Shown one piece after another: positions 11,955 through 23,834 of a stretch of DNA of 64,000 bases. The translations under genes were made by a program, and so were the position numbers. Position 1 is the stretch's first letter. Each line of letters starts with the position of its first letter. Location of the stretch: contig CP154954.1 in NCBI GenBank assembly GCA_039621445.1, positions 26,610,954 through 26,674,953 on the forward strand, given 5' to 3'. This DNA comes from Euglena gracilis (Eukaryota). A model generated the notes under the pieces. That model saw nothing but the letters and a program-made list of their open reading frames with translations. It had not been told where the DNA came from and did not search any database.

Positions 11955-13270
11955 ATGGGGGGAGCATTGGAGGCAGAGGAGGCAGGTGGGAGACAATGGT
12001 CGGCTGTTAGGCCGAACTAAGGCTGCCTTCCTGAGTTGAGGTCACTGGTTAAATCCTGGCGCCAAACCTCCAGAGAAAATGAAACCACGGGCAAATTTGG
12101 GTTAGCTGAGTAGGGAAGCCGAACCCTCCCATGTTGATTTACCAGGTCCGGGAAGTAAGGAAAGGTTGACTTTAAGACAGGCCTTTCAACTCAGGTGGTT
12201 ACAAGGTGGTGCTCAAATTAGGGGGGTTACCCCTTGATTTTGGATCTTTGAGGGGAGGGGGGAGGGAGGATGTCGACAAATGGCAGCATTCTGTAGCAAA
12301 AATGCAGCACATTTTTACATTTTGATGATGCGCATATGTTCATCCCTCCTGACTTGGTATTCACCCTCCCCTCGGCACTGTGGCGAAGGGGTTTCCTTGC
12401 GGTTTCTTTTAAAACGACCCAGGCCGACCAGGCAAAACACTTCAGGACCGGGTTTTCACCTCCTCGGAGCCCCTCCGCACAATGGTTGGCATGAATGATG
12501 GTGATAGATTGCTTAAGTTTTGCCCTCGGAATTTGGTGCCGGATTTGGGGTGTAGACCTCAGTTGGGCGAAATTTTGGCTTAAAATTAGACTTGACTTTC
12601 GGCGCAAATTTAGGCCATATAAAGCCAAATTTTTCTCCATGTTCCTTGCAATAACACCAACTGGGCACCCGATTTGGAGGCAAAAAAAAACCACAGCAGT
12701 TTGTTCAGCAAAGCCACAGCAGCTTTGTGCATTTGCAGGGGAAGCAAGCGAAAGAAAGAGCCCCCTGCTGGGGGGTGTTAATAGAACCCTGCCGAACAAA
12801 CATCTAAAAAATCATAAATTGCACAAAAAAGTTCTAAAAATCAAAAGGGCCTGGGACCGGACCTGTTGAAATACCATTAGTAATGTATGGGTCCATTTTT
12901 TCGGAAATATTCAATACTCGAATTTGCAGGTTGAAAGTGTTGATTTGATTTGTAAAGATTTAAAAGAAAAATGTTGATCAAGAAATGATAAAGTGTTCAT
13001 GAAAAGTTCCAGGGGTGGAAAATGCAAAAACAAAAACAAAAAAAATTGCTTCAGAAATGCGATGTTGGTCTGAGTAACAGCCATCTACCTGCAGCATGCA
13101 TGAAATGCCCTTCATAGACCGGCCCCGGATGGCCCCAACACGCGGCCCACTCCCGCGTCAGGTTTGAAAAAAATGCAAGGGGGAGGTGGTTAGGGCCGAG
13201 GGGTGGGGGCAAAAACATCGTTTTGTGGCAATGTGTTGCGGTGGGGTGGCTTCGGGAGGGGGGTGGGTCT

Positions 13271-13596
13271 CAGGGGTTTGATTAAAACGACCTATCTGAC
13301 CCCCCCCCCTGCGGGCCAGGAGGGGGGGGGACACCCCCCCACCTAAACAGTGGCGCGGTCCGGGTGACCGAAAATCTTTGACCCCCCAAAACGACCAAAA
13401 GTGCCATTTTGGGCACTTTTTGGGCAAAAATTTGCCAAAAAAATGCAAAAAAATTGGGCGAAGAGCGCCGGACAAAAAAATTGACCCTTTTTGGGGGGGT
13501 CCCGGGTCCCCCCCCCCCAGGGTCGGTCCGGACCCCCCTGGCAGGTGGGGGGGTGGTCCGGACCCCCCTGCGGACCAGGAGGGGGGGGGGGGGACA
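13271..13596. mobile_element. Degenerate copy of the 23386-23824 hAT-like MITE
   Basis: Shares the internal sequence gaccccccaaaacgaccaaaagtgccattttgggcactttttgggcaaaaat and flanking motifs; termini are decayed. Confidence 0.75.
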
Positions 13597-14110
13597 CCAG
13601 GTTTTGAATAGTGCTGAGCTCTTGATAAGCGCACACCCACCCCTTCATAGACCCCTCTATATACACCAGCCCACTCCACGGATCTCTTTTGACTGAAATG
13701 CAAGGGTTTTGTGCCCGAAACCGGAGGCCAGGAGGTCAAAAAAAAAGTCGTTTTTGGCTCAAAAATCACCTTTTCTGGGTCCGGGAGGCCAAAAAACATC
13801 GTTTCGGGCAAAAAAAAATTTCGATTTTTTTTCGACTTTTTTTGACCCGGGTTTGACCCAAAATCAATGGGTTGACGGCCCAGAACGGGGCGCTGGCGGG
13901 TCGAAAAACGCTCATTTTCGGCTCAAAAACAGTTTTTCTGGGTCCGGGAGGCCAAAAAACATCGTTTCGGGCAAAAAAAATCGATTTTTTTCGACTTTTT
14001 TTTGGCCGAAAATGGCTAAGTCGGACAGTGGAGAAAGTGTACAAAATGGCCCAATTTGGCCGAAAAACGGCCGCATCTCGGGCTAGGCGGTGAGCTGCGG
14101 GGAAACCAAA
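13597..14110 (-). mobile_element. 3' part of the Helitron-like family (inverted copy)
   Basis: Begins ccaggttttgaatagtgctgagctctt, the near reverse complement of the family 3' end AAGAGCTCAGCACTACACAAAACCTGG. Internal similarity to 25140-25330. Confidence 0.6.
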
Positions 14111-14127
14111 GGTGGGGGGGGGGGGGG

Positions 14128-14765
14128 CCGCTGAGCTCTTATCCCTTTATGGGTAAGAGCGAAGCTTACCACTGGCGAACCCCCCCCCTCGACCCCCCCC
14201 TCCCCGCCCCCCCCCCCCGGGTCGGGGCCACCAGGAGAACCGACGGATTATCACCATGATTCTGGCCCGGTTCCCGGAATTATTTTTTTCAATCGCGAGC
14301 GACTGGATTTCTAGTTTCCGAATCACCTGGGTTTGGCCCCCAACTCCCCGCCAGGCCCGAGTTATTCACGCGCGAAGGGGTCCAAACGGGGTAGGATCGG
14401 CCCGCCCCCCTGGATAAGCCCCCCCCCTTTAGACTCTGCCATTTCAGCCAAAAAAAATTGTCAATTTTCAAAATATCTCCAAAATGAAGCCAACTCAAAG
14501 GAAATGTCCGGAAACCTAATTTGAAGCCCTTGGAACGCCCCATCTACTGGTATTTTGATTTCCCCGCAACTCCCCGCCCAGCCCGAGATATGGCCGTTTT
14601 TGGCCCAGATGGCCATTTTGTACACTTTTCCCACTGTCCGACTTAGCCGTTTTCGGGAGGTGGGGGGTCAAAAAATCGATGTTTTCAAAATTTCTCGAAA
14701 AAGATGCAAAATCAAAGGAAATGTCCGGAGGCCTAAATTGAAGCCCTTGCAACGCTCTATCTACT
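14128..14765 (+). mobile_element. 5' part of the Helitron-like family
   Basis: Starts cgctgagctcttatc...taagagcgaagcttaccac and carries the ~215-bp internal unit (aatgaagc...aaatgtccgg...aagcccttggaacgccc). Confidence 0.65.
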
Positions 14766-16780
14766 GGGAGTCATCAAACCCTGGGGGCCGTCCCGGAACA
14801 AAGTTTGGCTCCATGCGACTGCTTCCCGGGATGGGCCAGCAGGTCAATGGGGGCGGGGGTGAATGAGCGGAGGGCTGGCGTGTCCTCCCCCCGCATGTTC
14901 GGTACTGTGCGACAAGTGCCCCCCCCCCAAAAAAATAAAAAAGAACAACACGGGGATTTTTGAAATTTTGGGTCTGCTTGGTCAAAATTTTGCCGTTTTT
15001 TTCTTGTTTTCACATTTGGGCAGCCGAAATCATTTAGGGGGGGGGCCACTCCAGTACAGCCCAATGTTGAGCCAAACTTAGGCGGCCGGATTCGCACTTA
15101 AGGGTTTTTTTCTTTGAAATGGGCGCATTTCCGCAAAATAAACAATTTTTGCGAAATTTCTGGGAACCCGCACCCCGACACCAGAAGACAGTTTATGAAC
15201 TATTACACCCCTCTGTTAGAGGGGATTAACTCCAGGTAATTTGGTGCACATGCTGCTTACCGGGTGACGCAAATAGGGCCAAGGGTGGGATTGGTGCTCT
15301 CGTACATCAAACAGGAGGGAAACACACACCCACTGTTACGAAACTTGGAACTGGTTCTGAATCATTGGCTGAAGTGGCTTGGATACTGCAGCCGCCCGTA
15401 AGAACACAGGGAGAGATATTGCATCACACACCACAGAATACGTCAGTGAGACATCACACAACTGATGTGTGGTTGTGGACGAAAATGCGCCCACAAACAA
15501 AATTGTTTGTGCGCGCAAATGCGCGCACCAACGTGTTGGGGAAACTGGTATAGGGATGGTTTGTGCAATGGGAGACAACGAACAACATGTCTGTGTTAAA
15601 GCACACTGATGATTACCATCGACCTACAAGGTTTTTGAACATGATAGGCGGTTTGGTGCGCACATTTGCGCAAATAAACACAATTATGTTTGTGCGCACA
15701 TTTGCACAGATGCGCACACAAACATTTAAGCAATCGCTTCAAAATGGTGTGTTTGAGCGAGCCTTAGCGCACGCAAACAAAGTTTGTTTGTGTACACAAA
15801 TGCGCAAATCAACATACATCAGTTGTGCGACACCATCTCCTCATCCGTGACAGCTGGCAAATGCAATTCCACATGCCAACCATTGGTTTGCACCCCGAGG
15901 ATTGCATGGTGATGAAATTTGTGGTGAGAGGTAGTGTGTAATGTTCACTTGAACATGGCATCTGACTGGCCAAAATTGGCCTGCCTTACGTGTGTGCATT
16001 TGAACTGCTGTTCTCCGGCCCGAACAGCCGGTTGTTTTGGCGTCATCCGTTTGGCAGTTAAGTGTAATGAATTGATGACGTGCAAACGACCTGTGACCGT
16101 TCGGCACCTTTTCTGCAACAGCGCTGCGTTACAAGAAGTCAAAATTTAGCACTTGAAATACCCGGGATGTGTCGGGCCGGAGTCCGTTTTCTGGTTATTC
16201 TCCACCATTTTTCCCTTGAAGAACGTAAAACACACCAGTTTTTGTGCATAATTTGTGGGGGGTGAATCCCACAGCTTTGATGCAACCAACCGAATGGCAA
16301 AGGTTCAGCAATTCCTTGCACCCAAAGTAACAGGTGTTTGAGGGCTATCTCTCTCCGGCTGTTGGTTGCCATGCACTGGCACCACGTCGTCCCCCCAGTC
16401 TCGCGGCCCGATTGCGGTTATAACGTGGCCGTGCGCTGGGTGTTGTTGCACCGGGGAGGTCGACCAGCCTGGTGGGTGCTGAAGCATCAGCAGCTGATGT
16501 GGCTGCAGCAGCTGAGCCCAAGCCACGGGCCAGTGGCAGGGCCCTGGGACCCTAAAATTGGTGCCGGTGGACGGGTGCCGTTACCGGGTGGCTGCGCACC
16601 CACCTTCAGGAGATCCTCTGTCTCCATATTTTAGGGGACCTGCCAATGGACCAGAAACGGCACCCCAATACCATGTGCCGGAGGAGACGGTGTAGGCATT
16701 TGGGTTGAACCCATTCAGAGGCCACTAAAGGTAGCTGTTGGAGGGCGAAATGAGGCTGCTTTTTACTCCTCCATTGGTGG

Positions 16781-16925
16781 TTCATTTGCGTGTTTGCGCG
16801 CATCACGTTGTTGGTGGGTGCAAATGCACAAAACAACCAGATGTAAATTGTGCAATTTCTTTCATGTTGTTCATTTGCGCATTTGCGCCCACAAACAACG
16901 TGATGCGCGCAAATGCGCAAATGAA
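16781..16925. repeat. Foldback with ~55-bp arms built from GCGCAAATGCGC motifs
   Basis: ttcatttgcgtgtttgcgcgcatcacgttgttggtgggtgcaaatgc is inverted relative to gcatttgcgcccacaaacaacgtgatgcgcgcaaatgcgcaaatgaa. Confidence 0.8.
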
Positions 16926-17201
16926 TCACATCTGCTGCTGGCGTTTAACGGTGGTGTTTCCGTCACACCCTTCTTTGTGTTTATGTGCGCATTTGCGCCC
17001 ACCAACACAAACTGTGTTGATGGGCGCAAATGCGCGCATAAATACAATTTTTGTTTGTGCGCGCATTTGCGCCCACAAGCCTGTACCATCAACAAACAGT
17101 GTGACAAACCCACAAAAATATGATTCTGGATGGCCCACTGGTACGAGCCGTCACGACCCCTTTGTCACGCCATTTATCGACGGTGTCAGTTCATGGGCGC
17201 T

Positions 17202-17323
17202 AAAGCCCAACCCTTGAAGGACAAAGTTGTGTTTATTTGCACAAACGCGCGCACCAACATAATTATGTTTGTGCGAGCATTTTTGCAAATAAACACAATT
17301 TTGTCCTTCAAGGGTTGGGCTTT
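17202..17323. repeat. 122-bp spacerless palindrome
   Basis: The 61-bp arms match at 56/61 by hand; centre AACATAA|TTATGTT at 17262/17263. Confidence 0.92.
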
Positions 17324-17940
17324 CTTCCGCTGGGTTCTTTGCCACAAAACTGGTTTGCGGATCCCGGGCATAACTTGGGTGGAAGAGAGAGTCCCCTTCA
17401 TTCCCTGTGGGCCCTATTTCTTCCCCTCTGCGCTTCCCTTGCCAAACACCCCGCACTTACCTTCCTTGCCCTGCGTCCTTCCTCCTGGCTTGATCACACC
17501 ACACCCACACACCCTGGCACCTCCTCCCCAAGCTTTAACAAACAACCAAAAAAACGCCACGACAAGGCGCCGCAAGCAACACAGTCCAGCAAACACCCAG
17601 GACGCACTCCGCTGGAAGCTCGGGCTCACCCGGGGAAGCAGCCGAAAAGAGCAACAAGGGCAGTAAAGGTCCCGTTCCTGTAACTCTTTTTTTGCGCTTT
17701 TCCACTCCCAGGGGGGAAGGTTCCGGGGGTTTCGACGTGCGAAATCCATTTCCGGCCCCCTCAAAAAATACCATTTTTTGCCAAAATCCCAGGGGTCACA
17801 CCGCCAAAAACAGATTTTTGCTCATTTTTAGCACTCTCTTGTCACCGTGTTTTCAAACCACCCGGAGCTACACAGCCGAAGTCAAAAATTTTGGAAATTT
17901 GCGCAAATGTGCAAATCAACATAATTATAATCAAATCAAC

Positions 17941-18007
<67 letters not shown>

Positions 18008-18056
18008 TAATAATAAAAATAATAATAATAGTAATAATAATAATAATAATAATAAC
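17941..18056. repeat. (ATA)n microsatellite
   Basis: Direct reading; source of the poly-Ile ORFs. Confidence 0.95.
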
Positions 18057-18324
18057 AACAAAACTTAAGTGCGAATTCGGCCGCCTAAGCCAAATTAGCT
18101 TAATATTGAAACAAATCGGTCCAGAATAGAACAAACAGACAAAGTAATCAAATTGGCCAAAATTGGCCAAACTGGGCAAAATGGGCAAAAAAAATAGAGA
18201 GAGCATCGCCCAGCATTGCCCCCAGGATCATTTGACGTGATTGGCTGTTCGGGCTGCACCTCATGATGGGACACGGGGTACTGATGGGAAGAAACTGGGG
18301 GGGGGGGGGGGTTTGGGTCCACCC

Positions 18325-18764
18325 CCCGGCATTATTTCTTTAAAGGTGCCTACAAATACCTGAAACCCCTTTTAAAAAAAAAGCCTGAAAAGGTTTTTGG
18401 CCAAAATGCTTAAAAACCTTAAATCGCCTCAAAAAATGCATCCTGGAAAATTTCCGAATTTCAAGCAAAAAAAATAAGTCGCAAAATCTCGGTAAAAACA
18501 GGTGAATTCCAGGGGGAAAAAATGATTTCTGGCATCGCAGGAACATTTATCTATCCACACAAAACTCAATAAAATGGGTTTGATTTTCAACCTGGACCGA
18601 TGTTGGTTCGATGCCCAGATGGCTCTTTGACCGCCAATGGGAAATGAACGCCTTAAAAACCTCAAACTGCTTTAAAAAAAAACTGTTTAAAAAAACCTTA
18701 AAAGCCTTAAAAAAAAAACCTTAAAAACATTTCAGAATTTTCGCCATAAAAAAATAAACCCCTG
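18325..18764. mobile_element. Older hAT-like MITE with AAAAACCTTAAA subterminal repeats
   Basis: Right end ...taaaaaaataaacccctg; the left end matches it at 13/18. Flanks gtccaccc / gtcccccc (7/8). Confidence 0.55.
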
Positions 18765-19339
18765 GTCCCCCCTCTCTGGACAAATGTGGGGCTCAGAGAG
18801 AATAGTCCAAGAGCCGTTTGCCGAAGATGTAGATTCCATTTATTGTTGGAACGACCCTGAGTTTGCTTGGGTGACAATCGCAAAAAAAATCACTCAAAAT
18901 GAAAAGCCTTTGGAAGACAAACAAGCGAAGACCAAAAGAAGAGGTGGTGGGTTGTTGACTCCGAGGGGGAAGACTGATCGAAACAAAAAAAATTGGAGAA
19001 ACAACACCAAAAGAGGTCACCGTGGGATTCAAATCTGCTCCAATCCGGATGAGAGGGCGACATGGGGCATGGGGCATGGGGAGACAAGCGCAGTGGCCAC
19101 AGCGGGTACTCCATCGCCCCAGACAGGCAGGCGCTCCGCCGCGTGAAATTCCCCGCCTGGCAGAGGAGCCAGTGGGACATGGGAGGGGGGGGGCAGTTGC
19201 ACACCCGTCCAGTCCAGGGATTTTTTAAAAGAAATCCCACTCCCTTTATTTTCAATGCAATGAGGCAAAGAGGCCGAAAATTTTTCTTCCCACAATTGAC
19301 CTCCCCCAAAAGTGGGTCCCCCAGACCTACCGCCCCCCC

Positions 19340-20484
19340 CCCCAAACCCCCACCCACTCAGCCCAACCCCTTGGAGGGGGGGTATGGCGGATCCACCAAC
19401 CCTCCCCCCATTTTCGCATGGCCCAACCTAAAAAAAATATATAATTCCCTCCTCCAGCCACATATTCAGCCGCGAATGGGTCCAAACTGGGTAAGATTGG
19501 CCCCCAGTTTCGACTCTGCCATTTCGCCGGGGTAAAATTTTTGTTCAAAAAAAATAGATTTTTCGAAAATATTTCGAGAAAACGAACATCATTCCCGGAA
19601 GTGTCTGACTGACTATATGTACCCCTGGAGGCCTCTATCGCCCCCCATGTCGGCGGCCATTTTGGCCGCCGACACGCCTGGTCCGTGTTCCGGAGCGCTT
19701 TTGTGGCCCAAAACGGCCATTTGGAGGTGTTTTTGGGCCATTTTCTTTGGGTCAAAAAATGGATTTTTCCAAAATATCTCGACAATGAAGCAAAATCAAA
19801 GCAAATGTCCGGAGAAAAAACAAAGAAGCCTTGGAATGCCCTATCCAACCGTGCTTTCCTTTTCCCCCAACTCTTCGTGTAGCCCAAGTAACGGCCATTT
19901 TTCGGCCAATTTTAGCCCATTTCTGGGGCATCTTGGGCTGTTTTCAAGGTCAAAAAAAACCATGTTTCCAAAATGTTTCGGAAATGAAGCAAAATCAAGC
20001 GAAATGTCCGGACACCTAAATTGAAGCCCTTGGAACGCCCTATCTAACACTAATCTGACTTCCCCGCAACTCCCCGCCCAGCCCAAGTTACAGCCAATTC
20101 TGGCCATTTTGTACATGCACAGTTTTGGCCCGTTTTCGGCCATTTCGGGTCAACAAAAGTCGAAAAAATCGAGAGAGAAAATTGCACGAAATCATGCTGT
20201 TTGGCCTCCTGGAAAACTGTTCACGGGCCGAAAATGAGCGTTTTTCGTCCCCGGCCCTGTTTTTGGACCGAAACCCACAGATTTTAGGTCATTTCTGGGT
20301 CAAAAAAGTTCCGGGCTGGGCCTGCCGAGCTGTGCCGGTACGCCAAGCCACCGGCCGGGCCCGGGCCGGGACGTGCCGGGCCGCCGGGCTGGGCCAAGCC
20401 ACCCTGGCTGCCACACGCCCCAACCACCTGCTGCAGCATGGCACCATCGCATATGTAAAGAGCTCAGCACTACACAAAACCTGG
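19340..20484 (+). mobile_element. Helitron-like family copy (3' ~1.1 kb)
   Basis: Long near-identity to 24300-25590. Ends gtaaagagctcagcactacacaaaacCTGG|tt. Confidence 0.75.
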
Positions 20485-22225
20485 TTAAATGTAGGAAGGT
20501 CAACCAAGAAGTGCAGTTATGGTCATGAAGCCCAAAAATTTCCCCATTTTAGGTCATTTTAGGCCATTTTAGGCCATTTTAGGCCATTTCAGGCCATTTT
20601 GAGGTATAAGTGGGCTTCTGAAAGTAATAATTTTGCGTCATTTTTGTCCCGAAAACTGTACCATAACGTGTGCAAACCTTCTCTTATTCAATAATAAGAA
20701 ATGCTAACCCAAAAAAGCATGCAAAATTCATGAACACTGGATCAAAACCATGGGAAGCTCAACAAATCTTAATTTCTACCCATAGAGGAATTCTGAACAG
20801 TAAGAGTTTACGGCAGTGAAAATTTTTCAGGAAAAAAGGTTGGGCAAATACTAAAAAATTTTATTTGCGCCCAAAGAAAGTGCCTGGTCTTTTGTGTTTT
20901 GTGAAATCTACACCATTTTGCGGGATTTCGCAAAAAAAAAAATCTTTTTTTTTCTGAAAGATGAAGCTGTTGCCTGGTGAAATTCAATGTGATTTTGGTA
21001 TTGGTTTAGCCATTTAGTTTCGGCATAAATGAGAGAGGATGGCAGAGATCAAAGAACGAAGCTGAGAGCAATTCCTCTTCTCCGTGATTGTTTTTCCCCT
21101 TTGGGGAAACTTAATACTAAAAAGAAAGCCCTCTGAACACGTTCATAAAAAGGAGAGAATCTCATTCATAAGTTGTTTGTGATTGTTTTGGGTCATTTGA
21201 TCATTCGGCGTGTTTTATTTGTGGTTTTGGAAAAACCCCAAAATTTAGCTGGTTCGTGATTTGAAGGAATCCCCGGCACCTGACGAATAAGCATGCACAT
21301 CTTTCAATTAAGATTTTTCCAACATCTTTTTTCCCCCTCTTTCATCTTTTTTTTGGTGTGATATTCATGTCTGTTTCACAAATAATGAAACAGTGCAAAT
21401 TTGGAAGCATGGGTAAGGAGCAAGAAGAAATACAGCTGTCCAAACCTTCAAAATTCAGTTACCAAAAGCAGGTTGGGCACCGTGGATTTGGGGACTGATA
21501 CTATTATGAGTTGGGATTAAAAAAAAGGGCCTTGTGGGGCTGTGCTCCTTCACCAAATCCACTGTTTGCCGTCCACATTAACAAAGGACACCGAAATTCA
21601 TTACCTGAATAGCTTCAGTTGTACACAAAAAAATTATTGTGCAACAGAATGTTTCAGAGGGTCCCAGGCCTTAATTTAGGTCCTCCAATTACTTTCATTG
21701 GTTACCCACTGTTTTCGAGAAAATTAAAAATGGTGGTGGCTCAGCCCAAAAAACTGTTAAGTCGAGAGAAAACCAAAACAATACAAAACGGGCCAAATCA
21801 AGAAATCAGGGGGAAGGGGCGCAAGTGACCCTGGAGGATTATATGTGGCGAAAGAGGGTCACCTTGAGGGTTTATATGTTCGTTTCCATTGATTTTTTTA
21901 ATCCCAACAATTATCAAGACATTTTGAAAAAAAATTGGTTTTTCACCCCAAAATGACCGAAATCGCCTTGGTCGAAACAGTTCAAAACAGGCTGTTGTTG
22001 GGGTTTATACCATCATTAAATGGTCATAACTCAGGCTAGCCACGGAGTTACAAGAAAATCTGAAAATTTGTACCACCCCCCCCTGCAAACCACCGCTCAC
22101 TTAATACCCTGTATGGCTTGCTGGTTTTTCAAATATTGTAAACCCCCCTGAAAGAGCACACGGGTGCGCAAATTTTAAGGACATGGTTTCGGACCCCACT
22201 TAGTGAGATTATTATATTAACAAAA

Positions 22226-22502
22226 GGATGAGGAGGATGAGGAAGGAGGAGGAGGAGGAGAGGAGGAGGAGGAGGAATAGGAGGAGGAGGAAAGGAAGAG
22301 GAGGAGGAGAAGGAGGAGGAGGAGGAGGATGAGGAGGAGAAATGAGGAGGAGGAGGAAAAAAAGGAGGAAATTCAGAGGAGGATGATATAGGAAGAGAGG
22401 AGGAGGAGGAGGAATAGGAGAAGGAGGAGTATAAAGATTATATTATTATTAAAAACAGGATTAATGAGGAGATTAAAAAAATTATTATATTAATATAATA
22501 TG

Positions 22503-22543
<41 letters not shown>

Positions 22544-22572
22544 ATTTATATTATTATTTATTATTATTATTA

Positions 22573-22612
<40 letters not shown>

Positions 22613-22623
22613 TATTATTATTA
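22226..22623. repeat. Compound low-complexity tract: degenerate (GAG)n followed by (TTA)n
   Basis: Direct reading. Confidence 0.9.
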
Positions 22624-22962
22624 TCAGGTGCCCATATCAGGGCGCTGCGCACCTATTGGGGCAAAGCACAAGATACTTAATCTTCCACCACTCTTTTTCA
22701 GCTTTTCCCTTCCTGTAACGTCAAGCAATGAGTCAAGTGATTAAGTGTCAAATTTGGGCTTAAACGGTGGAAGTATTTGGAGAAAGAGAGATCTGAGAAT
22801 TGTGTGTGTTTGGTGACCTGAGATGTGACACTGATTTCTCCTTTTGTGGAGCGGTGTGCACTTTTTAGGAGGTAGTTTCAGACCACTTATTAGGGCTGTG
22901 CATAATTCGGGCACTGCGCACTTATTAGAGAGGCGTCGTTGAGCTCTTATCTATTTAGAGTA

Positions 22963-23834
22963 AAACCCCCCCAAATAATACCCCCCCCCCCAAATAATAC
23001 CCCCCCCCAAATAATACCCCCCCCTTGGGGTCCGACTTCGGCCGCCAAAATAATACCCCCCCCCCTGGTTTCGGGCCGAAGGCCCGGATTTTTGACCTGA
23101 AAATGTAGGTAAAAATCACAATCTCTGACAACAAATTATGGAAAAAATGGATTTTTCTGGCTCATCTGACCTCCGAAAATGGTAAATTTCACAAGAAAGT
23201 GCAAAAAATGACCCCAAAGGGCGGTTTTGGGGGCTATTTTGGGTTTTACGGGACTTCGGAAAATTTCGAAATTTTTGGAAAAATAATAAAATAATACCCC
23301 CCCCAAATAATACCCCCCCCTCGGGCCGGGACTTCGGGCGAAAAAATAATACCCCGGGGGGGGGGGTATTATTTGGGGGGGGGGGCAGGGTTCGATATAA
23401 GGACAGGTGGGGGGGGGGGGGGGGGGTCCGGCCCCCCCCCCTGCGGGCAAGGAGGGGGGGGGTGGGGGGGGACACCCCCCCCACCTAAACAGGTGCGCGG
23501 TCAGGGTGGCCGAATTTTCGGCCCGGCGCAAAGCGCCGGGCCGAAAATTTTGGACCCCCCAAAACGACCAAAAGTGCCATTTTGGGCACTTTTTGGGCAA
23601 AAATGTGCCAAAAATGCAAAAAATTTTCGGCGCAAAGCGCCGGAGGAAAAAATTGACCCTTTTTGGGGGGGGGTCAATTTTTGCCCCCGAGGGTCGGTCC
23701 GGACCCCCCTTGCAGGTGGGGGGGGGGGTGGTCCGGACCCCCCCCTGCGGGCCAGGAGGGGGGGGGGTGGGGGGGGACACCCCCCCCACCTAAACCATGT
23801 ACGCCCTCCTTATATCGAACCCTGGGGGGGGGTT
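22963..23834. mobile_element. Tc1/mariner(pogo)-like MITE with AAATAATACCCC repeats, TA TSD
   Basis: TA at 22961-62 and 23835-36. It splits the host motif gagTA|acagcaaagcttaccac. An inverted sister copy lies at 38046-38468. Confidence 0.85.
23386..23824. mobile_element. hAT-like MITE, 439 bp, inserted in a G-run
   Basis: Perfect 18-bp TIRs CAGGGTTCGATATAAGGA / TCCTTATATCGAACCCTG, with 8 G on each side. Confidence 0.92.
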
